Shown here in pieces: positions 23,696 to 32,282 of a stretch of 64,000 nucleotides of DNA (positions are counted from its first letter, which is position 1; the number at the start of each line of letters is the position of its first letter). The position numbers and the translations under genes were made by a program. Below the pieces are notes generated by a model. It searched no databases. It was not told where the DNA came from and worked only from the letters and a program-made list of their open reading frames with translations. Source of the stretch: Chloroflexota bacterium. GTDB taxonomy: Bacteria; Chloroflexota; Anaerolineae; UBA1429. The DNA lies in NCBI GenBank assembly GCA_019873625.1, contig JAIOAW010000006.1, positions 13,252 through 77,251 of the forward strand. Direction: 5' to 3'.

Positions 23696-24685
23696 CTATG
23701 CGCGGCGCTTGCCCACCGCCACCATATAGAGCGCCTTTTCGCGGCGCCCATCCACCCCCAAGAAGGCGTTGAGGGCCTCATCGTCAAAGGCGCCCACCGC
23801 GCAGGCCCCCAGGCCATATCCCTCGGCGGCGAGATAGACGTTCTGGGCGGCGTGGCCGGCCTCGAGGAGGATGTAGCGTTCGGCGCGCCCGCCGTAGCGC
23901 CGCTCGGTGCGCGCGGGCACGGCGCTCAGGATGATCACGACGCCCGCTTGTGCCAACATCCCCTGGCCAATGCCGATTTGCATAATGTGCCGTTCGAAAC
24001 GCCCCTCGCGGAGGAGTTCCAAGGCGTGCTCGGCCGGCCGATAGCGGTACAGCCCCGCTGCGAGCGCCTCCACGCGATGCACGAGGGCATACGTCTCGAG
24101 GGGATAGGTGGCCCCCGCTGAGGGCGCGGCGCGGAAGGCGCGAAGGGGGTCGGTTATCCCCTGGGCGGCGAAGAGAAGGCCGGCCAGTTCCCCCTGGCTG
24201 AGGGGGAGGGAGGCATAATCGCGCCGCGAGCGCCGCCGGCGGAGGGCTTCATCGAGCATAAGGGTACTCGGCAAAGGGGGCGGCAGGGGGATCGCCGCGC
24301 CGGAGGGGGTGGGCTGGGGGGGAGGAGAGGCGCCTCCCCGATCGGTTGGCGCGGGGCGGCCTTCCCTGGGCGCGGCCTTGCCTACCCAAAAGCCTATCAC
24401 CCCGCCCGCAAGCATCGCCAGGGCGCCCTGCAAAAAGTCGCGCCGCCCTCGCACGGGGCGGTAGGAGGGCGCCGGGCGATGCCAGCGATGGGCGTAGGAG
24501 CGGATGAGGGGCGCATTCAAGGCAAGGTGCAGGGCGCCCAGGGCGGCGCAGGCGTAGCCCATCTCCGCGTGGAGGATGAACGTGGGCAAGCCCCGCACGT
24601 CCATCAGGATGCCGCTCCACATGGTGTAGAGGGCGCACAGGCCCAAAAGGAGGATCACGAGGTAACTCATATCGCGTTGGCGCAT
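23696..24685 (-). CDS. SagB/ThcOx-family nitroreductase-like flavoprotein with N-terminal membrane domain
   Basis: RRRSRRDY, RAAPSAGATYPLE, EAGHAAQN, VGAFDD; two His-bearing hydrophobic helices then RRDFL plus a third helix. Confidence 0.85.
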   Translation of the reverse strand: MRQRDMSYLVILLLGLCALYTMWSGILMDVRGLPTFILHAEMGYACAALGALHLALNAPLIRSYAHRWHRPAPSYRPVRGRRDFLQGALAMLAGGVIGFWVGKAAPREGRPAPTDRGGASPPPQPTPSGAAIPLPPPLPSTLMLDEALRRRRSRRDYASLPLSQGELAGLLFAAQGITDPLRAFRAAPSAGATYPLETYALVHRVEALAAGLYRYRPAEHALELLREGRFERHIMQIGIGQGMLAQAGVVIILSAVPARTERRYGGRAERYILLEAGHAAQNVYLAAEGYGLGACAVGAFDDEALNAFLGVDGRREKALYMVAVGKRRA

Positions 24686-24808
24686 CGGTCTTTCTCCTCA
24701 TCGTTGTGGGGGCAGGGGCGGGCATTACGGTTTGCCAACCCCGCCGCACGGAGGATTCCGCCGATCGTATTATAATCCATAGCGCGAGTGCTTTCGTGGG
24801 GAGGAAGG

Positions 24809-25480
24809 ATGGAACGCGAGGCGGTGAGGGCGTTTTTGGAAAGGCACCTCTATTTTCGCCATCTGCCCCCGCAGGATCGGGAACGCCTCTTGCGGCAGGC
24901 GCAGTTGCGCACCCTTGAGGCGGGGGAGGTCTTGGCCCTGGAGGGCGAACCCTGCACGATGGTGTATGTGGTGCTCCGGGGGCGCCTTTATGCCCTTAAA
25001 ACCTCACCCGAGGGGCGCGAGCAGATCGTGAACAGCCTCCTAGCCGGCCAGGTGCTTTATGCCGTGCCGGCCCTCGACGGCCTCCCCTTGCCCGCCACAA
25101 CCCAAGCGGCCAGCCGTGCGGTGGTGCTCTCCATCCCCAAGGGGGCCTTTTTGGAGGCCCTGCGCACCTGCCCCGATATGGCCATGGCCGTCTTGCGAGA
25201 TTTCGCTGGCCGCTTGCGCCGCTTGACCGCTTTGGTGGAAGATTTGGCCCTGCGCTCCGTGGCCGAAAGGCTCGCTCGGCTCCTCTATGAGCGGGCCTTG
25301 CAGCCCGGCTCGCCGAGGATGACCCAACGGGAAATGGCCGCGCACCTGGGCACCGTGCGCGAGGTGGTGGCGAGGGCGCTGGCCCAATTCGAAAGGCAGG
25401 GGTGGATCCGCCTAGGGCGCGGGGTAATCGAAATCTTGGACGTCGAGGCCCTGCGCCAGGCCGCCGGCCTGGGAATGTAA
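24809..25480 (+). CDS. Crp/Fnr family transcriptional regulator
   Basis: EGEP, SPEGREQI, VAERLAR, TQREMAAHLGTVREVVAR HTH. Confidence 0.93.
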   Translation: MEREAVRAFLERHLYFRHLPPQDRERLLRQAQLRTLEAGEVLALEGEPCTMVYVVLRGRLYALKTSPEGREQIVNSLLAGQVLYAVPALDGLPLPATTQAASRAVVLSIPKGAFLEALRTCPDMAMAVLRDFAGRLRRLTALVEDLALRSVAERLARLLYERALQPGSPRMTQREMAAHLGTVREVVARALAQFERQGWIRLGRGVIEILDVEALRQAAGLGM

Positions 25481-25491
25481 CTTGGGTTACA
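25476..25491. promoter_or_regulatory. Crp/Fnr-type binding site upstream of the ferredoxin gene
   Basis: Perfect TGTAAC-N4-GTTACA; -10-like CATACT at 25513-25518. Confidence 0.6.
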
Positions 25492-25546
25492 GCCCTAGCC
25501 GGGGTTTGATGGCATACTGAGGAAAAGACGAGGGAGTAAAGGCCCG

Positions 25547-25807
25547 ATGGGCGAGACGGTTATGCCGGAGATAGATGCGTCTCTTTGCCTCCTCTGTGGG
25601 TACTGTGTGGCGGCCTGCCCGGCGGGCGCCTTGAGCCTTTCGGAAGGGGGCGTTCACCTCGACGAGAGCCTCTGCGCCTACTGTGGAGATTGCGAGGCCG
25701 TGTGCCCCAACGGGGCAATCTCTTTGCCCTATGAGGTGCGCGTGCAAAACGCCAAGACGGCCGGCCCTCTTGGCGAACCGCCGGCCGTTCCGCACGGCCC
25801 AACGTGA
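25547..25807 (+). CDS. 2[4Fe-4S] ferredoxin
   Basis: CLLCGYCVAACP and CAYCGDCEAVCP. Confidence 0.92.
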   Translation: MGETVMPEIDASLCLLCGYCVAACPAGALSLSEGGVHLDESLCAYCGDCEAVCPNGAISLPYEVRVQNAKTAGPLGEPPAVPHGPT

Positions 25808-25826
25808 TAGAAATGGGAGGGGCGAG

Positions 25827-26024
25827 TTAGCGGGCTTCCCAATCCTCGCAGGTCATCTCGTCAGGGCAGCGGGGGCACTGCCGCCGAATGGCCTCCTGCG
25901 AGAGAAGGCGAATATTGATGTGGGAAGGCAGAGATTTGGCGCAGTAGCCGTGCCCCTCCACCATAGTGTAATAGCGGCAATCGGTGCAACGGCGATTGGT
26001 AGACTTGCGGCCAAATAACCTCAT
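25827..26024 (-). CDS. Small Cys-rich hypothetical protein
   Basis: GGAGGG SD; fills the gap without overlap; CTDC..GYC..CPRC..C. Confidence 0.65.
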   Translation of the reverse strand: MRLFGRKSTNRRCTDCRYYTMVEGHGYCAKSLPSHINIRLLSQEAIRRQCPRCPDEMTCEDWEAR

Positions 26025-26198
26025 AGCGCATCCCTCCGAAGAAGATCCCTCGCAAGCCGGTTACGGCCTTGCCTGTGGGTGCAAGTATAGGGGAGAAGGG
26101 GGCCTTGTCAAAAACGGAATAACCCTTTGGCACGTAAGATATCCCTCTCCGGCAGGGTTGTGGTATAATGAGCCGCGTCATTTTACGGAGGCAAAAGG

Positions 26199-27404
26199 TT
26201 GACCATCACCCGCAGGCTGTTTTGGGAAGATCCTTACCGGCGCGAGTTTGAGGCCACCGTCATCGAGAGCACCGACTATGCGGGGCAGCCCGCCGTCGTG
26301 CTCGATGTGACCTGTTTTTACCCTACCTCGGGCGGCCAGCCCCACGATGTGGGCACCCTGAACGGCATCGCCGTCTGTGAGGTGCTGGAAGAGGGTGGGC
26401 GGATCCTGCACATCCTCGAGAGGCCCCTGGCGGAAGGAACTGCCGTCCACGGCGCGATTGACTGGCCCCGGCGGTTTGACCATATGCAGCAGCACAGCGG
26501 CCAACACCTTCTTTCCCAGGCTTTTGAACGCCTGTTTGATGCCGAGACGGTCTCCTTTCATCTGGGCGAGGAGGCCTGCACCATTGACGTAACGATGGCC
26601 GATCTCGACCTTGCCCAGGTGAGCCAGGTGGAGGCCTTGGTGAACGGTGTCATCTTTGAGAACCGCCCCATCTCGGCCCGCGAGTATGCCGAAGAGGAGA
26701 TCGGCGCGCTTGGCCTGCGCAAAGCGCCCACTGTGCACGGGCGCATCCGCATCGTCGAGGTGGAGGGGTTTGACCGTTGTGCGTGCGGCGGCACCCACGT
26801 GCGCACCACGGGGGAAATCGGCCTGGTGCACATCCGCCGGTGGGAAAAGCGCCGCAGCCAAACACGGGTCGAGTTCCTGTGCGGGGGGCGTGCCCAGAGA
26901 GATTACCTCCGGCTGGAGGCCCTCTGCCGCGAGGCGGCCAACCGCTTGAGCGTGGGCGTGGGCGAACTGCCTGAGGCTATTGTGCGGCTCCAAGAGGCCT
27001 TGCAGCAATCGGGCCGAGAGGCGCAGGCCCTGCGCAAACAACTCCTCGAAAGGGAAGTGGCCCTCCTCGCCCTAGAGGCGGAGCCGATCCCCGGCGGACG
27101 TTTGCTCTGCCGCCTGCTGGCCGATTACGATGCGGCCGCTATGCGCTATATCGCCCAAGGCCTGGCCGCCCAGGGGGGCATCGTGGCCTTGCTCGCCGTG
27201 CGAGAACCCTCTGCCCAGGTGTGCTTCGTGCGTTCTGCCGATTTCGAGGCGGATATGGTGGCCCTCTTTCGGGAGGCGGCCGGCCCATATGGGGGGCGCG
27301 GCGGGGGCCAGCCGCACGCCGCGCAGGGGGGCGGTATGCGTGCGGATGATTTGCCCGCCATCCTTGCGCGTGCCCGCGCGCTTCTTCTGGGCGAGACGGG
27401 GTGA
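26199..27404 (+). CDS. Alanyl-tRNA editing protein (AlaX-L with DHHA1)
   Basis: TCFYPTSGGQPHD, MQQHSGQH, CGGTHV, GRGGG; TTG start behind GGAGG; TGnTATAAT at 26161-26169. Confidence 0.92.
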   Translation: MTITRRLFWEDPYRREFEATVIESTDYAGQPAVVLDVTCFYPTSGGQPHDVGTLNGIAVCEVLEEGGRILHILERPLAEGTAVHGAIDWPRRFDHMQQHSGQHLLSQAFERLFDAETVSFHLGEEACTIDVTMADLDLAQVSQVEALVNGVIFENRPISAREYAEEEIGALGLRKAPTVHGRIRIVEVEGFDRCACGGTHVRTTGEIGLVHIRRWEKRRSQTRVEFLCGGRAQRDYLRLEALCREAANRLSVGVGELPEAIVRLQEALQQSGREAQALRKQLLEREVALLALEAEPIPGGRLLCRLLADYDAAAMRYIAQGLAAQGGIVALLAVREPSAQVCFVRSADFEADMVALFREAAGPYGGRGGGQPHAAQGGGMRADDLPAILARARALLLGETG

Positions 27405-27413
27405 AAAAGGGGG

Positions 27414-28271
27414 ATGATGGTGAAGGAAATCGGCCAAGGCGTGTATATCGAAACGCGCTTTGAGGGGGGGAACGTAGGCGCCGTGAGCACGGCGCGCGGC
27501 GGGCTGCTCGTCAATGCCCCGATGCTCCCCAACGAGGCCCGCGAGTGGCAGTTGGCCCTTCGGCAAATCGGCATTCACAGCCTGTACGGCATCGTCAATA
27601 CGGATTATCTCCCCGAACACGCCTTGGGGAACTCTTTCTTCAGGCCGGTTCGTACCTTCGGCCATGAGGCGGCGTTTCGATTCATCGCCAAATCTGAGGC
27701 CGCCGTGCTGGAGGAGTTGAGCGCGCGCTATCGGGAGGTGTATCCCTCGCTGGCGCAAGAGATTTTGGCGATGCGGTTCACCCCCCCAGAGGTCGCCGTG
27801 GGCGACCGGCTCACCCTGTATTTTGAAGATCGCGTGGCAGAAATCCTGCTCCTCGAGGGTTATACGCCAGGATCGTTGGGGCTGTACCTCCCGCAAGACC
27901 GCATCCTTTTTGCCGGCGATAATGTAACGAACGGCGAGCACCCCGCGCTGGCCCAGGCGGATTCTCTGGCCTGGCTCAAAACGCTCGAGCGCATCGAGGC
28001 CATGGAGGTGGACCTCATCGTGCCGGGCAAGGGCGAGCCGTGTGGCAAGGAGGTCATCCGCCCCCTGTACACCTACATCGAAGAGATGCGCAACCGCGTG
28101 ACCGAGTTATTCCAAAAAGGCGTCAGCCGCCGCGAATGCGTGGAGCGAGTGGACCTGTTCAACTTTTTCCCGGTGCTGCCAGCGCAAGAGGCGCTCCTGC
28201 GCAAGCGCTACCGCGAGAGCATCGAACGCGTCTATACCGAGGTGCGCCTTGCCTTGCGCAAGCGTTCGTGA
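27414..28271 (+). CDS. Metallo-beta-lactamase-fold protein with degenerate metal ligands
   Basis: GNVG, NTDYLPEHALGN, GYTPGS, LFAGD, IVPGKG. Confidence 0.8.
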   Translation: MMVKEIGQGVYIETRFEGGNVGAVSTARGGLLVNAPMLPNEAREWQLALRQIGIHSLYGIVNTDYLPEHALGNSFFRPVRTFGHEAAFRFIAKSEAAVLEELSARYREVYPSLAQEILAMRFTPPEVAVGDRLTLYFEDRVAEILLLEGYTPGSLGLYLPQDRILFAGDNVTNGEHPALAQADSLAWLKTLERIEAMEVDLIVPGKGEPCGKEVIRPLYTYIEEMRNRVTELFQKGVSRRECVERVDLFNFFPVLPAQEALLRKRYRESIERVYTEVRLALRKRS

Positions 28272-28294
28272 GCGGCTCCTTGGCGAGTATCCCT

Positions 28295-29227
28295 ATGTCC
28301 TCCAAAGCGCCCTTTGAGATCATCGAGACCAACCGACGCACCGTGATAGATATCCTCATCGCCTCTTCGGTGAACGAGGCCCTGGGGTATTTGACCTCTC
28401 ACCACCGGGAGGCCCAGGTGATGGGCGGGGGCACCTGCCTGATGCCCCAAGTGCAGCGAGGAGAGATTCGCCCCATCCGCCTGGTGGATGTCTCGCACAT
28501 CGGCGCGATGAAGCGCATTGCCCGCGAGGGAGAGATGCTTCTCATCGGCGGGGCAGTTACCTTTGCGCGTTTGGCCAAATGCGAGGCCGTTCAAGAGGCC
28601 GCTCCGCTCCTTTGGGAGGCGGCCTCCGCGATGGGCACGCCGGCCATCCGCCGCTTGGCCACTTTGGCGGGGAATGTCGTGGCATCGGTGGGCAATGCCG
28701 ATGGCGCCGTGGCTTTGGTGGCGCTCGGCGCCGAGGCCGAGGTTACGAACCTTACCGGGTCGCAGTGGCTACCCATCCTTTCTCTCTTTATGAGGCAGGG
28801 CGTCTCGCGCATCAACCCGAGTTCGGAGATCATCACGGCTTTTCGCCTTTCGGCCTTGGGCACGGGGCAGGGGTGTGCCTTTGTGCGGGCTAAACCCGCC
28901 GCCCCGTGGCAACGCGCCCCCTTTGTGCTCGGCCTGGTGCTCTCTTTGGATGAGGCCAAAGAGAGGGTGGCGAGGGCCGCGGTGGCGGTGGGCTGGGCGG
29001 GCGGCATCCCCCTGCGGCTAACTGAGGTTGAACGCGAGATGGCCGGTTGGTCCGCCTCCAGCGAAGATACATGGGGCGCCTTCGGCGCCATGGTGCGCGA
29101 GGCCCTCTTTGGCGGCAGGGCCGAGATTCCCCCCGCCCTCGAGATGGATATCGCACGGCTGGCGCCGCGTGCCTTCCGGCGGGCCGTGGAGCAGGCGCGC
29201 CGGGGGCCGAACGCGGCGCACCCGTGA
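28295..29227 (+). CDS. FAD-binding subunit of a molybdopterin dehydrogenase (CoxM/XdhB-like)
   Basis: MGGGTCL, IGGAVT, IRRLATLAGN; start uncertain (GTG 28268 also possible). Confidence 0.8.
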   Translation: MSSKAPFEIIETNRRTVIDILIASSVNEALGYLTSHHREAQVMGGGTCLMPQVQRGEIRPIRLVDVSHIGAMKRIAREGEMLLIGGAVTFARLAKCEAVQEAAPLLWEAASAMGTPAIRRLATLAGNVVASVGNADGAVALVALGAEAEVTNLTGSQWLPILSLFMRQGVSRINPSSEIITAFRLSALGTGQGCAFVRAKPAAPWQRAPFVLGLVLSLDEAKERVARAAVAVGWAGGIPLRLTEVEREMAGWSASSEDTWGAFGAMVREALFGGRAEIPPALEMDIARLAPRAFRRAVEQARRGPNAAHP

Positions 29228-29242
29228 GGGGCGAATCGGGCG

Positions 29243-30409
29243 ATGGTGCCGGCTGGCCTTTACGTGCATATCCCCTTTTGCCTGGCCAAGTGCGCGTATT
29301 GCGATTTCGTCTCCTTTGCGGGCCTCGAACCCCTTTATGAGGCCTATGTCGAGGCGCTCTTGCGAGAGGCGGCCCTCGTCGCGCCTCGTTGGGCAGAGTT
29401 TTCCTTCGACACCCTTTTTATCGGGGGCGGCACGCCCACCGTGCTCCCTGTGGCCTGGTTAGAGGCGGTTATCACCGCCTGCCGCGAGGTGCTTCACCTG
29501 GCGGAAGGGGCCGAAATCACCGTGGAAGCCAACCCGGGCACGGTGGATTTCCCCAGCCTCCGCGCCCTACGCGAGGCCGGCGTCACCCGGCTGAGCCTTG
29601 GCATCCAGAGCCTGCGCGATGCCGACCTGGCCCTCTTGGGGCGCCTGCATAACTGCCAAACGGCGCGCGAGGCCTATACCCTCGCGCGCCAGGCGGGGTT
29701 TGAGAACATCAACCTCGATTTCATCTTCGGCTTGCCCGGCCAAACCGTGCCCCAATGGCAGGGGGTGCTCGAAGAGGCCTTGAGCCTCCGGCCGGAACAC
29801 CTTTCCCTGTACGCTTTGACCTTGGAAGAGGGCACCCCTCTTGAGGCGCGCATCCGCCGGGGCGATCTCCCCGCGCCCGATGAGGAGGCCTCTGCCGCGA
29901 TGTACGAACTCGCCGAGGCCCTTTTGGGCAGGTCAGGCTACGCCCATTACGAAATCTCCAACTGGGCGCGGCGCACGCCTGCCGATCCGCCCTATGGCCC
30001 GCCGGCCTTGGCTTGCCGCCACAACCTCAAATATTGGCGGAACGAACCCTACTTGGGCCTAGGGGCCGCCGCCCACAGTTACGATGGCACGGCGCGCTAT
30101 GCGAACGTGAGCGACCCGGCGGCCTACATCGCGCGAATAGGCCAAGGCCAAGAGGCCGTCGCCGAACGAGAGGTGCTAACCCCTGCGCAGGCGATGGGCG
30201 AGACGATGATGCTGGGCCTGCGCCTCATCGAGGGGGTAGAGTATGCTGCCTTTGAGGCGCGCTTCGGCGTGCCGATGAGGGCCGTCTATGCCCGCGAGAT
30301 GGAGGAACTCATCCAAGAAGGCTTATTGGAGGCCGACGAGTGCGGCGTGCGCCTCACCCCGCGCGGGAGGCTCTTGGGGAACCGGGTGTTTGCGGCGTTT
30401 TTGCCCTAG
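29243..30409 (+). CDS. hemW: Radical SAM heme chaperone HemW (HemN-like)
   Basis: LYVHIPFCLAKCAYCDF, GGGTP, EANP, YEISNW, HNLKYW. Confidence 0.93.
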   Translation: MVPAGLYVHIPFCLAKCAYCDFVSFAGLEPLYEAYVEALLREAALVAPRWAEFSFDTLFIGGGTPTVLPVAWLEAVITACREVLHLAEGAEITVEANPGTVDFPSLRALREAGVTRLSLGIQSLRDADLALLGRLHNCQTAREAYTLARQAGFENINLDFIFGLPGQTVPQWQGVLEEALSLRPEHLSLYALTLEEGTPLEARIRRGDLPAPDEEASAAMYELAEALLGRSGYAHYEISNWARRTPADPPYGPPALACRHNLKYWRNEPYLGLGAAAHSYDGTARYANVSDPAAYIARIGQGQEAVAEREVLTPAQAMGETMMLGLRLIEGVEYAAFEARFGVPMRAVYAREMEELIQEGLLEADECGVRLTPRGRLLGNRVFAAFLP

Positions 30410-32217
30410 TGTTGGGCCCATTTCGCCAAAAAGGGGATGTAAATCGAAAACCGCGGCCGGGGCAGGACGGAAAGGGTAGGCCCCAGCCGCAGCGCATTTT
30501 CTTGGCCCCCTTCGAGGGGAAGGCGCTCGCCGGTGGCCCAATTGTACACCCACACCTCGATAGCGTATGTGCCGCTGACCATCTCCCTAGGGGTGAAGAG
30601 GAGGTGCTCATCCACGATCACGTCCCCTCGGCGCCAGTGCGTGGGGGGATAGTTCGCCGCCGCTCCCGGCGCGTGGTCGCTCTGGGCTACGAGGCGCCCC
30701 TCTGCATCCACCACGTGGATAAAGACCGAATAGTCGAAATCGGGCGGGCGGAGCGCCTGCCAATACAGCCTAAACGTAACCTTGCCGCTGACTCCCTCGA
30801 GGAGCGGCCCCGGGCGTAGTTCATAGCCTCGCAGGGCGATCATCTCACCGAACCGAACATTCATCTTGTTCGGCGCAAAGAGAAGGCTGGCGCGCGGCGC
30901 GGGGGCCACGTTCGGGTTGACGACCTGGATTCCTCGGAGGAAGGGCACATCTTTCCAATCCCACAGGCGTTGGGGCGCCAGATCCACGTTCACTGGGGTG
31001 CCGCTCCAAGAGATTACATCCCAATTCGTGGCGCAGCGCCATTGGATCCATCCTGAGATGAGCGTCAAGATGCCCAAAGAAGTGTAAACCCCAACGCGAT
31101 AGGGGATTTTCACCCCCAAGGGCCGCTCGAAAAAGGGAATGAGATAGAAGATGAAAAAAGAGTTCAAATCAGCAAAATAGCGCGGCCCCACCGAATGCCC
31201 AGCCCACCAAGCGGCTGCGAAAAGCGAGATGGATATCCAATGGAGGCCGATCGTCGCGAGAATTACGAGGTCAATCCCGCGCATTTGCCCGCGGCGCGCT
31301 TTGAGCCAGCCTCCCGCAAGGGCGAAGAGCAAAGCAGGGCTGTAGATGAATAGCCCTCGGCCAGGGCTGAACAGAGTGCCGGGCAGGCCATCCCAACGGG
31401 GGCGCGAATGAGTGCTCGCGAAGAGATAGTATTGGTCGAGCACTCGGCCCGATTTCGCGTAGCAATCCGCAAAAAGCGGGATGAGTGAGATGAGGCCAAG
31501 GCCGGCGAACAGGGGGAAGCGCTTGCGATAGCGCCAGAGCACATAGAGGCTAAAAAGGCCCACGGGGACAAGGTTCGTGGGGCGAATGGCATATGAAAAA
31601 AAGAGGGGTATGGCAGCGGCATAGATCCAACGATCGTCCTGCTCGGCGCGGAGCAAGCAATAGAGCGCAAAGGTCAGCGTCAACAGCGAAGGGCCATGTT
31701 GCCAAAGAGATTGGCTGATGATGGCCCAGGTGTTTGTGGCGTAGGCAAAGATCAAAGCGAGGAGTAGAGCGCGCCAAGCATCCACGTAGAGGCGGCAGAG
31801 AAAATACACCATGATGGTCGCCAGCCCCGTGAGGCATACCGCCACGGCCGCTTCGAGCCTCCCTGGGTAGGTTTGTTGAGCTTTGGCGTACAGGTCCAAG
31901 CCGAACACGTGGGCAGCCACTGTGTCGAAGGCATATACGATGGGCAGGGCCATAATTGTCGGGCCGATGGGGTACCAGTTATAGAGGTGCCCATTATGGC
32001 GGCGCACGCCATAATCGCGGGGGGTGATCATCCCGCGATATTCGTCGAGGTCGGTGTTCCCCTCGTGGATGAGGCTGAGGGCGGTAGGGATGTACCAGCG
32101 CGTGTCGCCCGAGTGGGCCGCTCTGCCGTTGAACTGGGTGAGGACGATGAGGACGAAAAGGCACAGCGCGATCCACCGATCACGCCGATCCTTTTTGCCT
32201 GGTTCGGGATGTATCAT
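30406..32217 (-). CDS. GT-C-like polytopic membrane protein, paralog A
   Basis: GD..Y, YPIG, SLWQHG, IRPTN, SPGRGLFIYSP, GPRYF; C-terminal DYSVFIH..QSDHAP..W..G domain. Confidence 0.75.
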   Translation of the reverse strand: MIHPEPGKKDRRDRWIALCLFVLIVLTQFNGRAAHSGDTRWYIPTALSLIHEGNTDLDEYRGMITPRDYGVRRHNGHLYNWYPIGPTIMALPIVYAFDTVAAHVFGLDLYAKAQQTYPGRLEAAVAVCLTGLATIMVYFLCRLYVDAWRALLLALIFAYATNTWAIISQSLWQHGPSLLTLTFALYCLLRAEQDDRWIYAAAIPLFFSYAIRPTNLVPVGLFSLYVLWRYRKRFPLFAGLGLISLIPLFADCYAKSGRVLDQYYLFASTHSRPRWDGLPGTLFSPGRGLFIYSPALLFALAGGWLKARRGQMRGIDLVILATIGLHWISISLFAAAWWAGHSVGPRYFADLNSFFIFYLIPFFERPLGVKIPYRVGVYTSLGILTLISGWIQWRCATNWDVISWSGTPVNVDLAPQRLWDWKDVPFLRGIQVVNPNVAPAPRASLLFAPNKMNVRFGEMIALRGYELRPGPLLEGVSGKVTFRLYWQALRPPDFDYSVFIHVVDAEGRLVAQSDHAPGAAANYPPTHWRRGDVIVDEHLLFTPREMVSGTYAIEVWVYNWATGERLPLEGGQENALRLGPTLSVLPRPRFSIYIPFLAKWAQH

Positions 32218-32282
32218 AGGGCGTCCTCCGGCCTACAGGGCATCATACCCCAAGCGAAATGGAACTCCATCGAAAGCCCTTT

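Noticed and set aside
23696..24685. RiPP (thiazole/oxazole) cluster around the SagB-like gene
   Set aside because: No YcaO, E1-like protein or convincing precursor peptide nearby.
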